Below are positions 22,908 through 33,700 of a stretch of DNA of 64,000 nt, piece by piece (the first letter of the stretch is position 1; each line of letters opens with the position of its first letter). Below the pieces are notes generated by a model. It saw only the letters and a program-made list of their open reading frames with translations. It did not search any database and was not told the DNA's origin. This DNA is from Anthoceros angustus. Lineage: Eukaryota; Plantae; Anthocerotophyta. Where the stretch lies: contig VJWM01000117.1 in NCBI GenBank assembly GCA_010909165.1, positions 434,001 to 498,000 on the forward strand, in the 5' to 3' direction. The position numbers and the translations under genes were made by a program.

Positions 22908-23117
22908 CATATTGTCCCCGAAAAGTGGGCATTTGTGATTGAGCACTTCGATAAATATGATGGAACGCTTAAAGCTGGCTGCCATGTGCTGGTCCCGATT
23001 GTGGAGAAATTGGCATACATTCACGGTCTAAAAGAAAAAGCGATCGAAAGTCCATCCCAAAAAGCTACCACTAAAAATGATGTCAGGATCTCCATCAGTG
23101 CTGTTCTATTCATGAAA
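22908..23117 (+). pseudogene. Stomatin-like (SPFH/band 7) single-exon fragment
   Basis: HIVPEKWAFVIEHFDKYDGTLKAGCHVLVPIVEKLAYIHGLKEKAIESPSQKATTKNDVRISISAVLFMK resembles plant SLP1/2; no flanking exons found. Confidence 0.75.
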
Positions 23118-23409
23118 GTACTACTTTTAACCGTTGCTGCTTTCTGGGCTTTCTAGAACTAGGAGTGAGAGTTCTTTGAAGGAAGTAGAGCAACTCTTGA
23201 GACACTTCTAGTTTTGGAGCAAGCCCAAGCGGTCAGGCCAGACTCGATTGACTGGCGATTCTTATCCATGCCCTTGCACTAGATTTTGTAAATCTTATGT
23301 TGTATAGCATGTGTATGATATTCACGGTGGTGCTGACCTTGTGGTTAGTCCCTCAACTCCTTGGCATCGTATTCCCGGATCCTGAATTCAGTTACCAGCG
23401 GAGCGGCAG

Positions 23410-23926
23410 GGATGGAATTCAATTTTTGCAAGTGGTTTGATTGCACCTGACCTTGCAAGAAAGTTTAAGCTTCTCATATCCACAGCACTCTCGGTGATGG
23501 TACATCCGAATAGCTAAGAGGCAGCATACCTTGAATAGCGTAGATGCATTTATCTCAAACAATGTACTAGCTGCACTAGCTCTGAATGTGCACCACATAG
23601 TCATCCTCACTTTGCAAGTCATATAGCTCTAACTCATCTAAACTCTTGTGGAACCCATATCGCTCCAACTCATCATTTAGCTCCACTATAATTCACCCAT
23701 TAGTTCAGGTAGGTTGTACCGTGCGCAAGGATGACACACAAAGTAGGAAATGGTGCAACTTTTTTTCAAAACGTGGCAAGCTCGGGTGCCCTACATTACA
23801 ATCCACTCGAGCCTTAGTTCCTCGTTTGGTGTAGTCTTACCCGACTCTACACTCAAGGAGTGTGTTCCCAACACTAGTAGGCCAGTTGCACATGATATCA
23901 CGATTCTCATATCTCGTAAAATCCAT
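23410..23926 (-). pseudogene. Decayed ORF of unknown, probably transposon, origin
   Basis: One frame reads MDFTRYENRDIMCNWPT...VELNDELERYGFHKSLDELELYDLQSEDDYVVHIQ with scattered in-frame stops. Confidence 0.4.
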
Positions 23927-24319
23927 TGCTCCCGCCCCACCTTCCGCATCAAATCTTCCGAAGGGATTGAAGTTGATTGATTGAAGCGCAAGATTGATTT
24001 CCTAAGGCTTGTAGGTAATTCTTACTCATGAGACACACGGTGAATTTTAAGTTTGATTGCACATAGCCCTTAACCTTAATTGATTAGATTATAAAAATTA
24101 AAAAACTTATATCATATATTGATTTTTTAAATATAATTAGATACACTATAGTGATCTAAATATTAATCAATTAATCTTATTAATCATTTCATCAAACCTA
24201 ATCAGTTAAATTTTACTTAATAATCATTGCGAGGCAGCAAGGTGGTGATTGTGAAAATTTACACGGCGGGGGACATTACTTGAAGCAGCATAAAGGGGGT
24301 GATTGGATACAAGACTAAA

Positions 24320-24660
24320 ATGAAGATTGGTAGACTTATGAAAAGATTGGTAGACTTATGAGAGATTAGAGACTTTATTAGGAAACAAAGAGATGGGAAA
24401 ACCCATCTACCCCAAGAGGAGGGGGAACTTATGAAAAGATTGGAAGACTTATGCGGAAAGGTAGACTTGGTGAGGTTCACAACTCCAACTAAGTATCTGA
24501 GGTTCACGACTCCACTTGGTGAGGTTCACGACTCCACTTGGTGAGGTTCACGACTCCACTTGGTCAGGTTCACGACTCCACTTGGTCAGGTTCACGACTC
24601 CAACAAAGTACCTGAGGTTCACGACTCTACTTGGTCAGGTTCACGACTCCAATGAAGTAC
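24320..24660. repeat. Compound minisatellite: 20-bp AAGATTGGTAGACTTATG repeats, then eight copies of AGGTTCACGACTCCA at 22/27-bp spacing
   Basis: Core copies at about 24472, 24499, 24521, 24543, 24565, 24587, 24614 and 24636. Confidence 0.9.
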
Positions 24661-25169
24661 AACAGTATCAACAGTATTTCAGAGAGTCTCGCGCAAAGAC
24701 CACACATGAGGGAGGCCGATGTGCCCCAAGCCGGGACACTGGGACGACTTTACCAAAATAAATTTGCCTAACCGGGGAGGCCAATGCACCCCATGTAAAC
24801 TGGGACGACTTTGCGGGAACAAATTTGTCCAACCGGGTTGAAAGATTGTGAAAGGATGGTTCCCCAGCCGGATACTGATCCGCCTGCAGCCTGCTCAAGT
24901 GTGGAGTTCTTATGTGAGCTGCTGTGCACATACACCACCTCACAAACACATAATGAAGATCGCGTAATTATAGGAGACTGTCCCTTGCATGGTTGCCCAA
25001 GTTTTTCTATTGCCTTATTGCGTGAAACTTTCCATTCTCAGTTTTAGACTTCCATTGCTTCGTTGCAAACCTTGAACTACCCTCGTAAGACCTTACATTC
25101 ATTGGTTTGAACTTTGCTTAGTTTTATCAATCCTCCATTTTGTCCTTTGATGTTCCACACAGAGGGCCA

Positions 25170-25495
25170 AGAGGGCTTTTATCAATCATAGTCATCACAA
25201 GAATTAGTGATTTTTGTCAAACTATAGCTTGACAGAAAATGATATACTATATCACATTCCTGCAACTTCTAGCTAGATGTTGCTAGAGGTAGGACAATGT
25301 GTGGTATTGTATGTCTCTTCCTGCATTTTCTCCTTTTCTTGATGTGGTCTCATACTCTTGTTGGTTTGTGTTTCGGCAATGTCATTCAGGGAGTGAAAAT
25401 GGATATGTCGCAGGTCATAATAGGTTGAAATCGCCAATTTAACCTTTTTGTTGCAACTACAAGGGCTCACTTATAAGGCTTTAATAGACAAGGTT
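25170..25495 (+). repeat. Diverged copy of the 5' leader and first codons of the PHD-MBD gene (26350-26648)
   Basis: Shared TAGATGTTGCT.GAGGT, ATTGTATGTCTCTTCCT, GTGGTCTCAT.CTCTTGTTGGT and GGGCTCACTTA.AAGGCTTTAAT.GAC.AGGTT. Confidence 0.85.
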
Positions 25496-25960
25496 AAGAG
25501 AACACTCTCTCACTTATCAAAGAATGAAAGTAGCGAACCAGAAGATGCACCTGGCTGGAAATGAGCCGGTAGCTCGACGCATTATTTTTAACATACACTC
25601 ATATCCCAATAACTTGTGCGGTGCGGTGAAATACCTTGTACTACTTGCACATTTTTTAACCTATACTGCTTGCACATTTTTTAACACACTGATATCCCAA
25701 AACCTACCCTGGATCGTTTGCATCTTGTGCCTTATGCTAAAAATGCGCCAATAATTCGGCGCATTAATCAAACACAAACTGATAAACTTAGGATCACTTC
25801 TCGATGATCTCTATGAGGTACCATGTGTTGGACATCTTGATGTGGTGCATTAAAACTTCACAATCAAACACCCTTGAATCCCATCACTACTGGGATGGGG
25901 TGTTATTCATCCCCCTTGCAAAAAAAAGCTCCACGGGGTCGCCTCATATAAAAGCCGTAC

Positions 25961-26056
25961 GGGACTACTCTGAATTAAATCCGATAGCAAGTGCACTAAA
26001 AAAAGGGACTAGGTACTCTGAATTAAATCCAATAGCAAGTGCACTAAAAAAAAAGG
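25961..26056. repeat. 48-bp tandem duplication
   Basis: TACTCTGAATTAAATCC.ATAGCAAGTGCACTAAAAAAA at 25966 and 26014. Confidence 0.9.
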
Positions 26057-26608
26057 TGAGAGTTTAATGTGACTTGACATAGAAAGAAGTGCACCGAGGC
26101 ATGGCACGGGACGGTGACAATCTGATCCCAATGGCATGCCACGTGATGAGAGGCACGGCCTATGGTCAAAGCTCTTACAGCACTTCACCGTTGGCGCGCA
26201 ATCACATCAGTTCTCTTGCCTTGCCTGATGCCTTACCTTGCCTTCCTTCCTTGCGTTGCGGTGCCTTGCCTTGCGTTGCCCTTCGTCCCGATTGTCGGTG
26301 GGACACACTGTTCCACTACGAGGAGGGAGGAAGCCTGCATCGCTGCATTAGAGGGTTTGTTTTATCAATCAGATTCATCCCGAGGATTAGCAATTTCTGT
26401 CAAAGTAGATGTTGCTGGAGGTGGAAAAATTTGTGGCATTGTATGTCTCTTCCTCCATTTTTCTCGTTTGTCTCCTTTTCTTGACGTGGTCTCATGCTCT
26501 TGTTGGTGTGTGTTTCGGCACTGTGGTTCAGGCAGTGAAGATCGATGGACATGGCAGGTCGTAGTAGGTTGAAGTCACCGAGTTAGCCTTTCTGCTGCAG
26601 CTGCTGGG

Positions 26609-28622
26609 ATGGAGGGGCTCACTTACAAGGCTTTAATGGACGAGGTTCAGAGGGAACCGGGAGCTTCTGCTTCTGCTGGAGGGCAGTCGGAACTCGCACT
26701 GGCCAGGGGTAGCCTGGTGACAATGGCAGTGAAGCAAGAGGAGGAGGAGGATAAGGAGCAAGACGAGTTCGAGCAGGATGAGGAGCAAGACGAGTTGGAG
26801 CAGGACAAGGAACAGGACGACGAGCAGGGGAAGGGGCAGCAGGACAAGGAGCAGGACATGGAGGAGGAGGCCGGGGAGCGAGAGCAAGGGAGAGCTCCAA
26901 CTGCTATTGCCGTTGCAGAAGTGTACAAGCAGCAGGAAGTGGCAACCAGGGACGACGGCGAGCTCGGGCAACGTCGGAGGGAAACCGCATCGGCAGATTT
27001 GCAAGGGCTGCAACACTCTGGTTTCGCTGCTGTCCCTGTGACTGGCGCGGCGCCGAGTGCGGGAGCTAAGAGCTTAGCTGCTCTAGATGCTCCGGGAGCC
27101 GAAGCCGCTCCTGCCGATGTCGGGCTGAGCCCGACGGCTACCGCCGCGGATGGATCCACTTCCGAGTTGTCCACGCTGAAACTGGCCGTTCAAGTGCTGG
27201 GCGCACCCGCGCATTTTCCCGGGGGCGCTGCGCCGTTTCCGGGGCAGGCAGGCGATGTTGTCTTGTGCAAGTCCTGTATGAAGCCCGAAGGGGCTTATAC
27301 TTCGGCACTGTGCGACAGGTGCGACTCCAGCTACCACATGGCGTGTGTGGGCTTGGACAAAGCTGAGATTCGTCGTTTGGATGAGTGGTTATGCCCTTCC
27401 TGTGCAGATGTTGGGGGCACCTGGACTTGGCAGCTGGGGAGGGTGAAGGCCGGTGTGGCTCAGACTTCATCCATCTATCGATACTCGCCGCGGAAGAAGT
27501 ATCCTGTTAAAAGGAAAGGCAGCAGCACTTGGAGTTCGGGACTTGCAACTCCACAGCAAGGAGATGAGGACGAGGGGTCGCAACAAAAGAGGAGCAGAAT
27601 CATGGCCACCCCGGAGTCTGGCAACGACTCTCTCAAAGTAGCAAGGCAAGTAAAATCTGGCTGGCAGGCTCTCGTTGCAGTGCCACGCATCAGCCCTAGA
27701 ACTTGCTTCTGACGGTAAAGCTTTTGTCTAACATCTCAGGGATGAGCACATGTCGGAGCCTCAACAGCAGAGTCCAAGAATGGAACTGAGGAGCGCTCAC
27801 AAGAATATTGTGCAGAGTGTGGTGGACCCTGACACTAGTGCAGGTGAGGAAGATGGTGTGGAGTATACGCAAGAGGATTATGAGAAGAGGTGTGAACAAG
27901 CCATGAAGAAGCTGCAGGTGTATGTGACTGATAGGAGTGGCGTCCTCGAGAAGGGATGGAAGGCTCGGTGCATGAGGGTGAAGCAGCAGAAATGTCTGCA
28001 GCCGTATTATTTGTCACCTTCCGGCCATAGGCTGCAATCAAGGGTGCAGGTAGCTCGCTACCTCGGGCTTTTTAAGGAAAGCAGCCAAGGGCCAGGACCA
28101 GAACAAGAGCCAGGAACGGACAGCCCTGTTCCTAAACCTTCGACGGGTAGCAGTAGAGTCCTCAAGGCAGTGGAGGAGTTGCAGGTGTACGTCGCGGAAT
28201 ATGGTGGGGTTTTAGAAGAGGGGTGGACAGCACAGGTAGTACCCAGGAAACATGATCGCGGGAGGATGCACATTTGCTATCACTCGCCTCTTGTGAATGG
28301 TCGGAATCACGTGTTTAGGACGAAAGCGAAGGTGGCTAAGTATCTGGGTCTTCTGGACAGTGCAGGTGAGTCGGTGAGGCATGGTCAGACTTCAGGGAGT
28401 GAGTTACCGCTGGTGTTGAGGGAGACGCAAAGCAGTGGCAGCCATGATCCTACGGCCGGACCTGTATCCTGTTCTACACCTCAGCAGGTGGAGACAAAAC
28501 CAAGTCAGGAGCCTCGTCAATTGTTCGAACCGGAGACTGGAGCCGACCAGGTGTGTTCGGAGACAGGTGCCGACCAGGTGTGTCCGGAGACGCGCCCTTG
28601 TGGTTGGGAATATCTCTCCTAG
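26609..28622 (+). CDS. PHD finger plus two methyl-CpG-binding (MBD9-type) domains; two ORFs joined by a predicted GC-AG intron 27646-27739; 3' end uncertain
   Basis: PHD: CKSC...CDRCDSSYHMACV...WLCPSC. MBD-like: GVLEKGWKA...YYLSPSGHRLQSRVQVARYLGL and GVLEEGWTA...YHSP...FRTKAKVAKYLGL. AG|GCAAGT donor, CTAAC branch point and CAG acceptor keep the frame. Confidence 0.78.
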
Positions 28623-29895
28623 TAGGCGGACCTGGTAGCCTGCCGTTGTCAGATTCGGAGCTGTCTGATCGCCCATGTCCTGGGTTCTTGCTACACTAGT
28701 TGTGCAAGACGAGAGAAGACCGACGAAACACCCTTGCATTGGGCAAGCCAAGCCCGAGCGGACCTCAAATGGTTTCGAGCTCTCCTGCACAAGTGCAACA
28801 GAAGTTGGGGAGCACACTCTTGCTTTGCGGCCACCCAGCCGAGTTTTGTCAGTGATGAAGCACCACAGGCTCTGGTAACAGGTGCCTTCCTTCGAGCAAA
28901 AGACGACGGTCGTAATGTTGTATGAGCAGCATTTTAGCTGGGTCAGCGGAGCTTGGCCTCAACGGCCAGAAACTTGCAGTAGCTTCTCCGTACTCAGTAG
29001 AGACCCCTCATCGCACAGTTGAACAGTGCCCGAGGAGTGGTCCGTGTCTCATCTTCATCAGGCCTTTTATGCCATACCAAGTTTCCATCCCTCCTTCCCA
29101 CCATCTTGCTCCGATTTGGCAGGGGACCCTTAAGGCAACACCTACATTGTGAGTGTAAGACGGCTCTTTGCCGTCGTTAGTAGCGTGGGAACTATCAGTT
29201 TAGGGCAGGTTACTTGCGTGAGCTAGTTAGCGAAGTATATGTGTGGGATCAACCCAGTGTTAGAGACGATTTTTTAAGGGCTTCTGCAGAGTAGTGAGCG
29301 GGAGGTAGTGGTTGAGAGCCGGGTAAAGGTCTGCTCTTCCTGCTGAGAGGTGGAGGACTGTTGGCATCTTGCCCTCCACTGTTCAGGCCTACGGCTGTTC
29401 TGATGGTGGAGCTTTGTGGACGTTTTGTCCTCTACTTCTATGTGTTGGTTGGTGGTGTTTGCTTTTTTCGAACAAAACTGATTTGTCCGATACCTACCTA
29501 GGTAGTATGTACCTTGAACACCTAGCTTCCTCAAAGCAGGCCTCAATGCTTTTCCACCCAGTTAGACCCTGAGTTAGACACCCTAGCTTCGAGCCTCCTC
29601 GGCGTAATGGTATTAATTATAATATAAAATTACGATTGTCCAGTGACTCAGCCACAGCGGTGGACTGCTTGGACACCTCCTGCACTGTGGGGTACCTCCA
29701 GCCGTGCCTTGTGCTGTGATTTTCAGTATTGTTCACATGGCTATGCACTCGAACAACCTGAAGTTAAACCAAGTGTGAGAGGATACACGGCAGAGGCTCC
29801 CTATGTACCTTGTATGCTATGTGTGCTACGACTTGTGGTGTGCAGTCTGCAAGAAAGGTGTGAACTCCAAGATAGTTTCACAAACGCAGTGCAGA

Positions 29896-30480
29896 GCGGG
29901 CAGACGTAGCGACAGCATCGTCCCCTGGTATGCTAAGCTTCCGAATTTGGAACAAGGCAGAGAAGGAAACAATGCGAGCCAAGCTCCAAGGTTCATGTCC
30001 GGATTTCTTTCCACCTGCAAGCCCGGCAGCGCTCGCAGTCAGTACAGCAGCATACAAGCGCATTCTTGTGCGCCATGCCCTAAGTTCGCCGAGGCAGGAG
30101 GTGAGTCGGTCGCACACGCCGTGTTGAACCGAAGCGAGCAGGTATGGATGCAGTCCCAATCGTACACAGAGCTTAGTTCAAATCGCAGCACTTGCGGATG
30201 CGGGCAGACGTAGCGACAGCGTCGTCCCTCGGTGTCCGAAAGTTCCTTCAATTCGAAATCGGGACCAAAGACTGCGAGCCGCGCTCAACCGTTCCCAGTC
30301 ACGGGATCCTGCTTCGAAGACCTTCGAAGTCTCAGCGGCGCTCAGTGTCACACACAGCACAGCAGCATTGAAGCGCGATCTTGTGCGGCATGCCCTAAGT
30401 TCGCACCAAGCCTGGAGGTGAGTCGATCGCACACACGCCTTGTTGAAGCAAAGCAAGCACGCATCGATGCCGAATTGCCA
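29896..30480. repeat. Diverged ~305-bp tandem duplication
   Basis: GCGGGCAGACGTAGCGACAGC at 29896 and 30200; CATGCCCTAAGTTCGC...GGAGGTGAGTCG.TCGCACACGCC in both copies. Confidence 0.8.
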
Positions 30481-30767
30481 AAGCGGAGCTGAGGCAAGGA
30501 AGGCTCACGCACCGCCACTCGGCCCTGGACACGACACTTTGCATGTACATATCCATGCAATGGCTATGGGAAATGGGAATGGCATGTATGTACAGCCGGG
30601 AGCATGTAGCATATGTAACATAGCCTAAGTACGTGTAGAAATATGTTGGAAGGAAGAGGCTGTTCTGCTTGCTGATGACCTGACCGACCGCCTGGGACCT
30701 GGGCCTCCTTGTTATGTTATGTACATGACTGACGGCCCGCAATTCCACTCTCCCAGCGGGACTCGCC

Positions 30768-33700
30768 ATGGCTCTTACACCGGCGGATTTGTCCTACGTC
30801 TACTCCCTGCTGCAAAACGCGCTGCAGCAGGATGAGAGCTTGCGCAAGCCGGCCGAGGCAGCTCTGGCTGCCTGCGAGAACAGACCCGGGTTCTGCTCCT
30901 GCCTTCTGGTAAGCCCTCACCCATGTGCTGCGCAGGCCTTTGCCATGCAATTCTGCCCTCTCACCGCCCACTTCGTGTAGGAGATCATAGCTTCTCGGGA
31001 TTTGGAGACGGACAGTGGTGCCCGCTGGCTGGCGTCTGTGTACTTCAAGAACAGCATCGCTCGCTACTGGAGGGCCAAGCGAGACACCCCGTGAGTGCCT
31101 GCCTGTCCTCCCCCTTTTATGGCTCCATGCTGCTGAGTGTGCATCGCCGCCGTTTCCACTCTGCATCCATGAAGCTCAACTCGCTGAATTCCTGCACTCT
31201 GCCTGTGATGTTGGGCTGTGTGGTCAGTCCTGCTGCTCCTCTGTTGCATCCTGTCCTTTGCACCCTCTGTGTGCCCGAGTGGCAGAGCTTGTACTCGTGT
31301 GACTTGAAATGGGAGTGCTGCTCAGACTGTGGATTGGTAGCACGAAAGCAAGTTTGTTTTTCCCATTTTGTACGCTAGGTAATCATCTGAAAGATACACA
31401 TGGTCATCAGTGGAATAAGTGATGCAGAAAAGCCTCATCTTCGGAACAAGCTCCTGGAGCTGCTGAGAGAAGAGAACCACCAGGTGGGGTTTAGGATTGA
31501 ATCCTTTGTCACATTCAAATGTAGCTTGTCGAATAAATTCCATGTTCTTATTCTCCATTCGTGAGCGTGAGTACTTGAGCCTTCCTCGGCCTCACTGACT
31601 CCGTATATTTGTTTCTCGGAATAGGTGGCTGCCCAACTGTCACTGCTTGTTGCCAAAATTGCTCGTATCGACTACCCAAGAGAATGGTAAGGATTCCAGA
31701 GACAGACAGCTGATGAAAGTCGAGTCAGAGCACTTTAGATCTTCAATGTCGATGTCTGTGGGTTTAGGGTTTAAGACGAGTTTATCACTAGCAGCTCATC
31801 TATGGGCCGTTATTGCTCGTGCAGGCCAGCCCTCTTTCCAAACTTGCTGCAAAAGCTACAATCAGACGACCTTTTGATCACGCAGAGAGTGTACATGGCT
31901 TTAAATCAGATTCTGAAGGAGCTCGCCAGCAAGCGGTTAGCAGCTGATCAACAAAATTTTGCTCAGGTTGGTATCTCTGATAGCCTGTCAGTGATGCTTA
32001 TTGAGATTCGAGAGTCGTGTATCAATTGTGCAACCGACCTACAGCTGCTGGTCTATTGTCGTTATTAGAAAATCTAAAGTGTCAGGTTTAACCTTCAGCT
32101 ACTCCATGACATATGCTCTGCACGTCCCAGATAACATCTCAGCTATTTAACTTGACATGGCATCATTGGTGCGGCGACACACAGCGGATTTTACAACAAT
32201 TCTCAGTGATCCTTGCCAGCGGTGCAGGTGGCCATGTCACAGCTGACCAAGGGCAGGCTTTGCTGCTTACTTGTGAGCGATGGCTGCTTTGTTTGAAGAC
32301 TCTGCGGCGTATGATTCTTTTTGGGTTCCAAAGCGATGCAATTTCTGTTCAAGTATGTCTTGCTGCCTAGGCCTGTCTTATGTGCTAATTTAAGAATTAC
32401 TGCCATGCTTATGCACTACTTTCTGACGTGTAGGAGGTTCCTGCTGTTACGGAAGTTGCACCGCGTTTTCTACAAGCTGTACAGTCATTACTGCTCTGCA
32501 GTAAGTGACGCCTCCGAATATGTATAACGACCTTTTTGACTGTTTGTGGGAGAAAGGATTGCCAACCAAGTCTTTGAAAGCTTATTGCCTTTGCTGCTTC
32601 TTGTTATGGTCAGGAGCTGCTGCCCCAAGGATAATTCTTTCTACGAGTTTATCGAGAAGGCTTGCTTGAAGTTGATGAAGATTTTAACCGAAATGCAGGA
32701 GACTCATCCTTATTCTTTCAGCAACAAAACCGTGCTGCCACCTGTTTTCCAATTCTGCTTTTCACAGGTCACAGAAGTGAAGTGGGAGCCCGTTGTTTTG
32801 ATCAGTTTGTCATCCGGTGCATGATGTTCATCAAGTCCGTAGTTCAATGTAATGCGTATAGGCCCACGAAATATGGGCGGGTCGTTGGGGCCTCAAATCC
32901 TATTGAAGATGCTAAGGCCGCTCTATCAAGGCAGGCTGAAGAGACTGTTCAGTCACTCCTGCCAGAGAAGCACCTGCTGCTTTTGTGTGAAGGTCTGGTG
33001 AAGAGGTGAGCTTACTATTGCCATAATGGTGCCTGATTGATACGTTAATGTCTCCTTTTTGAGATTCCCTGTTTCTCATTCCCTTATTGGTTGTGCGCAG
33101 ATATTTTGTCCTCACATCAGATGATCTTGAGGAGTGGGCTAGAGATGCAGAGGCATTCCACCATGAGCAAGGTGTGGTACAGGAAAGGGAGAAGCTGCGG
33201 CCCTGTGCGGAGGCCTTATATCTTGTGCTGTTTGAAAAGTATCGGGAGGTGTGACATCCATGTTGTCTAACTCTACTGGGACCACTGACCAGGCTCGAAC
33301 TAGCTTAGCCGTATCTTGGATTTGCTCACAGCGTAAGTTTTGGGCGTCTTATGTTCTGCCTGCTTTCCCAGATCCTGGCACACATGGTGGTGGAAATGCT
33401 CAAACAGTCATGTGATGGATACCCGCTTCAACCTCAAGCTGCAGAAATTCCTATAACTGGTGCACTCCTGTACAAAGAAGCTGCTTACAATGCAGTTGGG
33501 ACAGCGAACTATGACCTCTATGACTATATTGACTTCAGATCATGGTTTGTCTCTAGCCTCTTTGCATTCAAATGAAAATAGATCAGGATGGTTCTGGATA
33601 TTGACTTTTCACGTTTAATTAGCAGGAATGACCTTTTGCTTAAGCAAGGAGGGTCTTAATCTCTTGGCATGGCGCTGTAACTGCAGGTATGAAAATACCC

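Noticed and set aside
24464-24660. CRISPR-like regularly spaced repeats
   Set aside because: The intervening sequences are 7-12 bp and nearly identical rather than unique spacers; there are no cas genes and the context is eukaryotic. It is a minisatellite.
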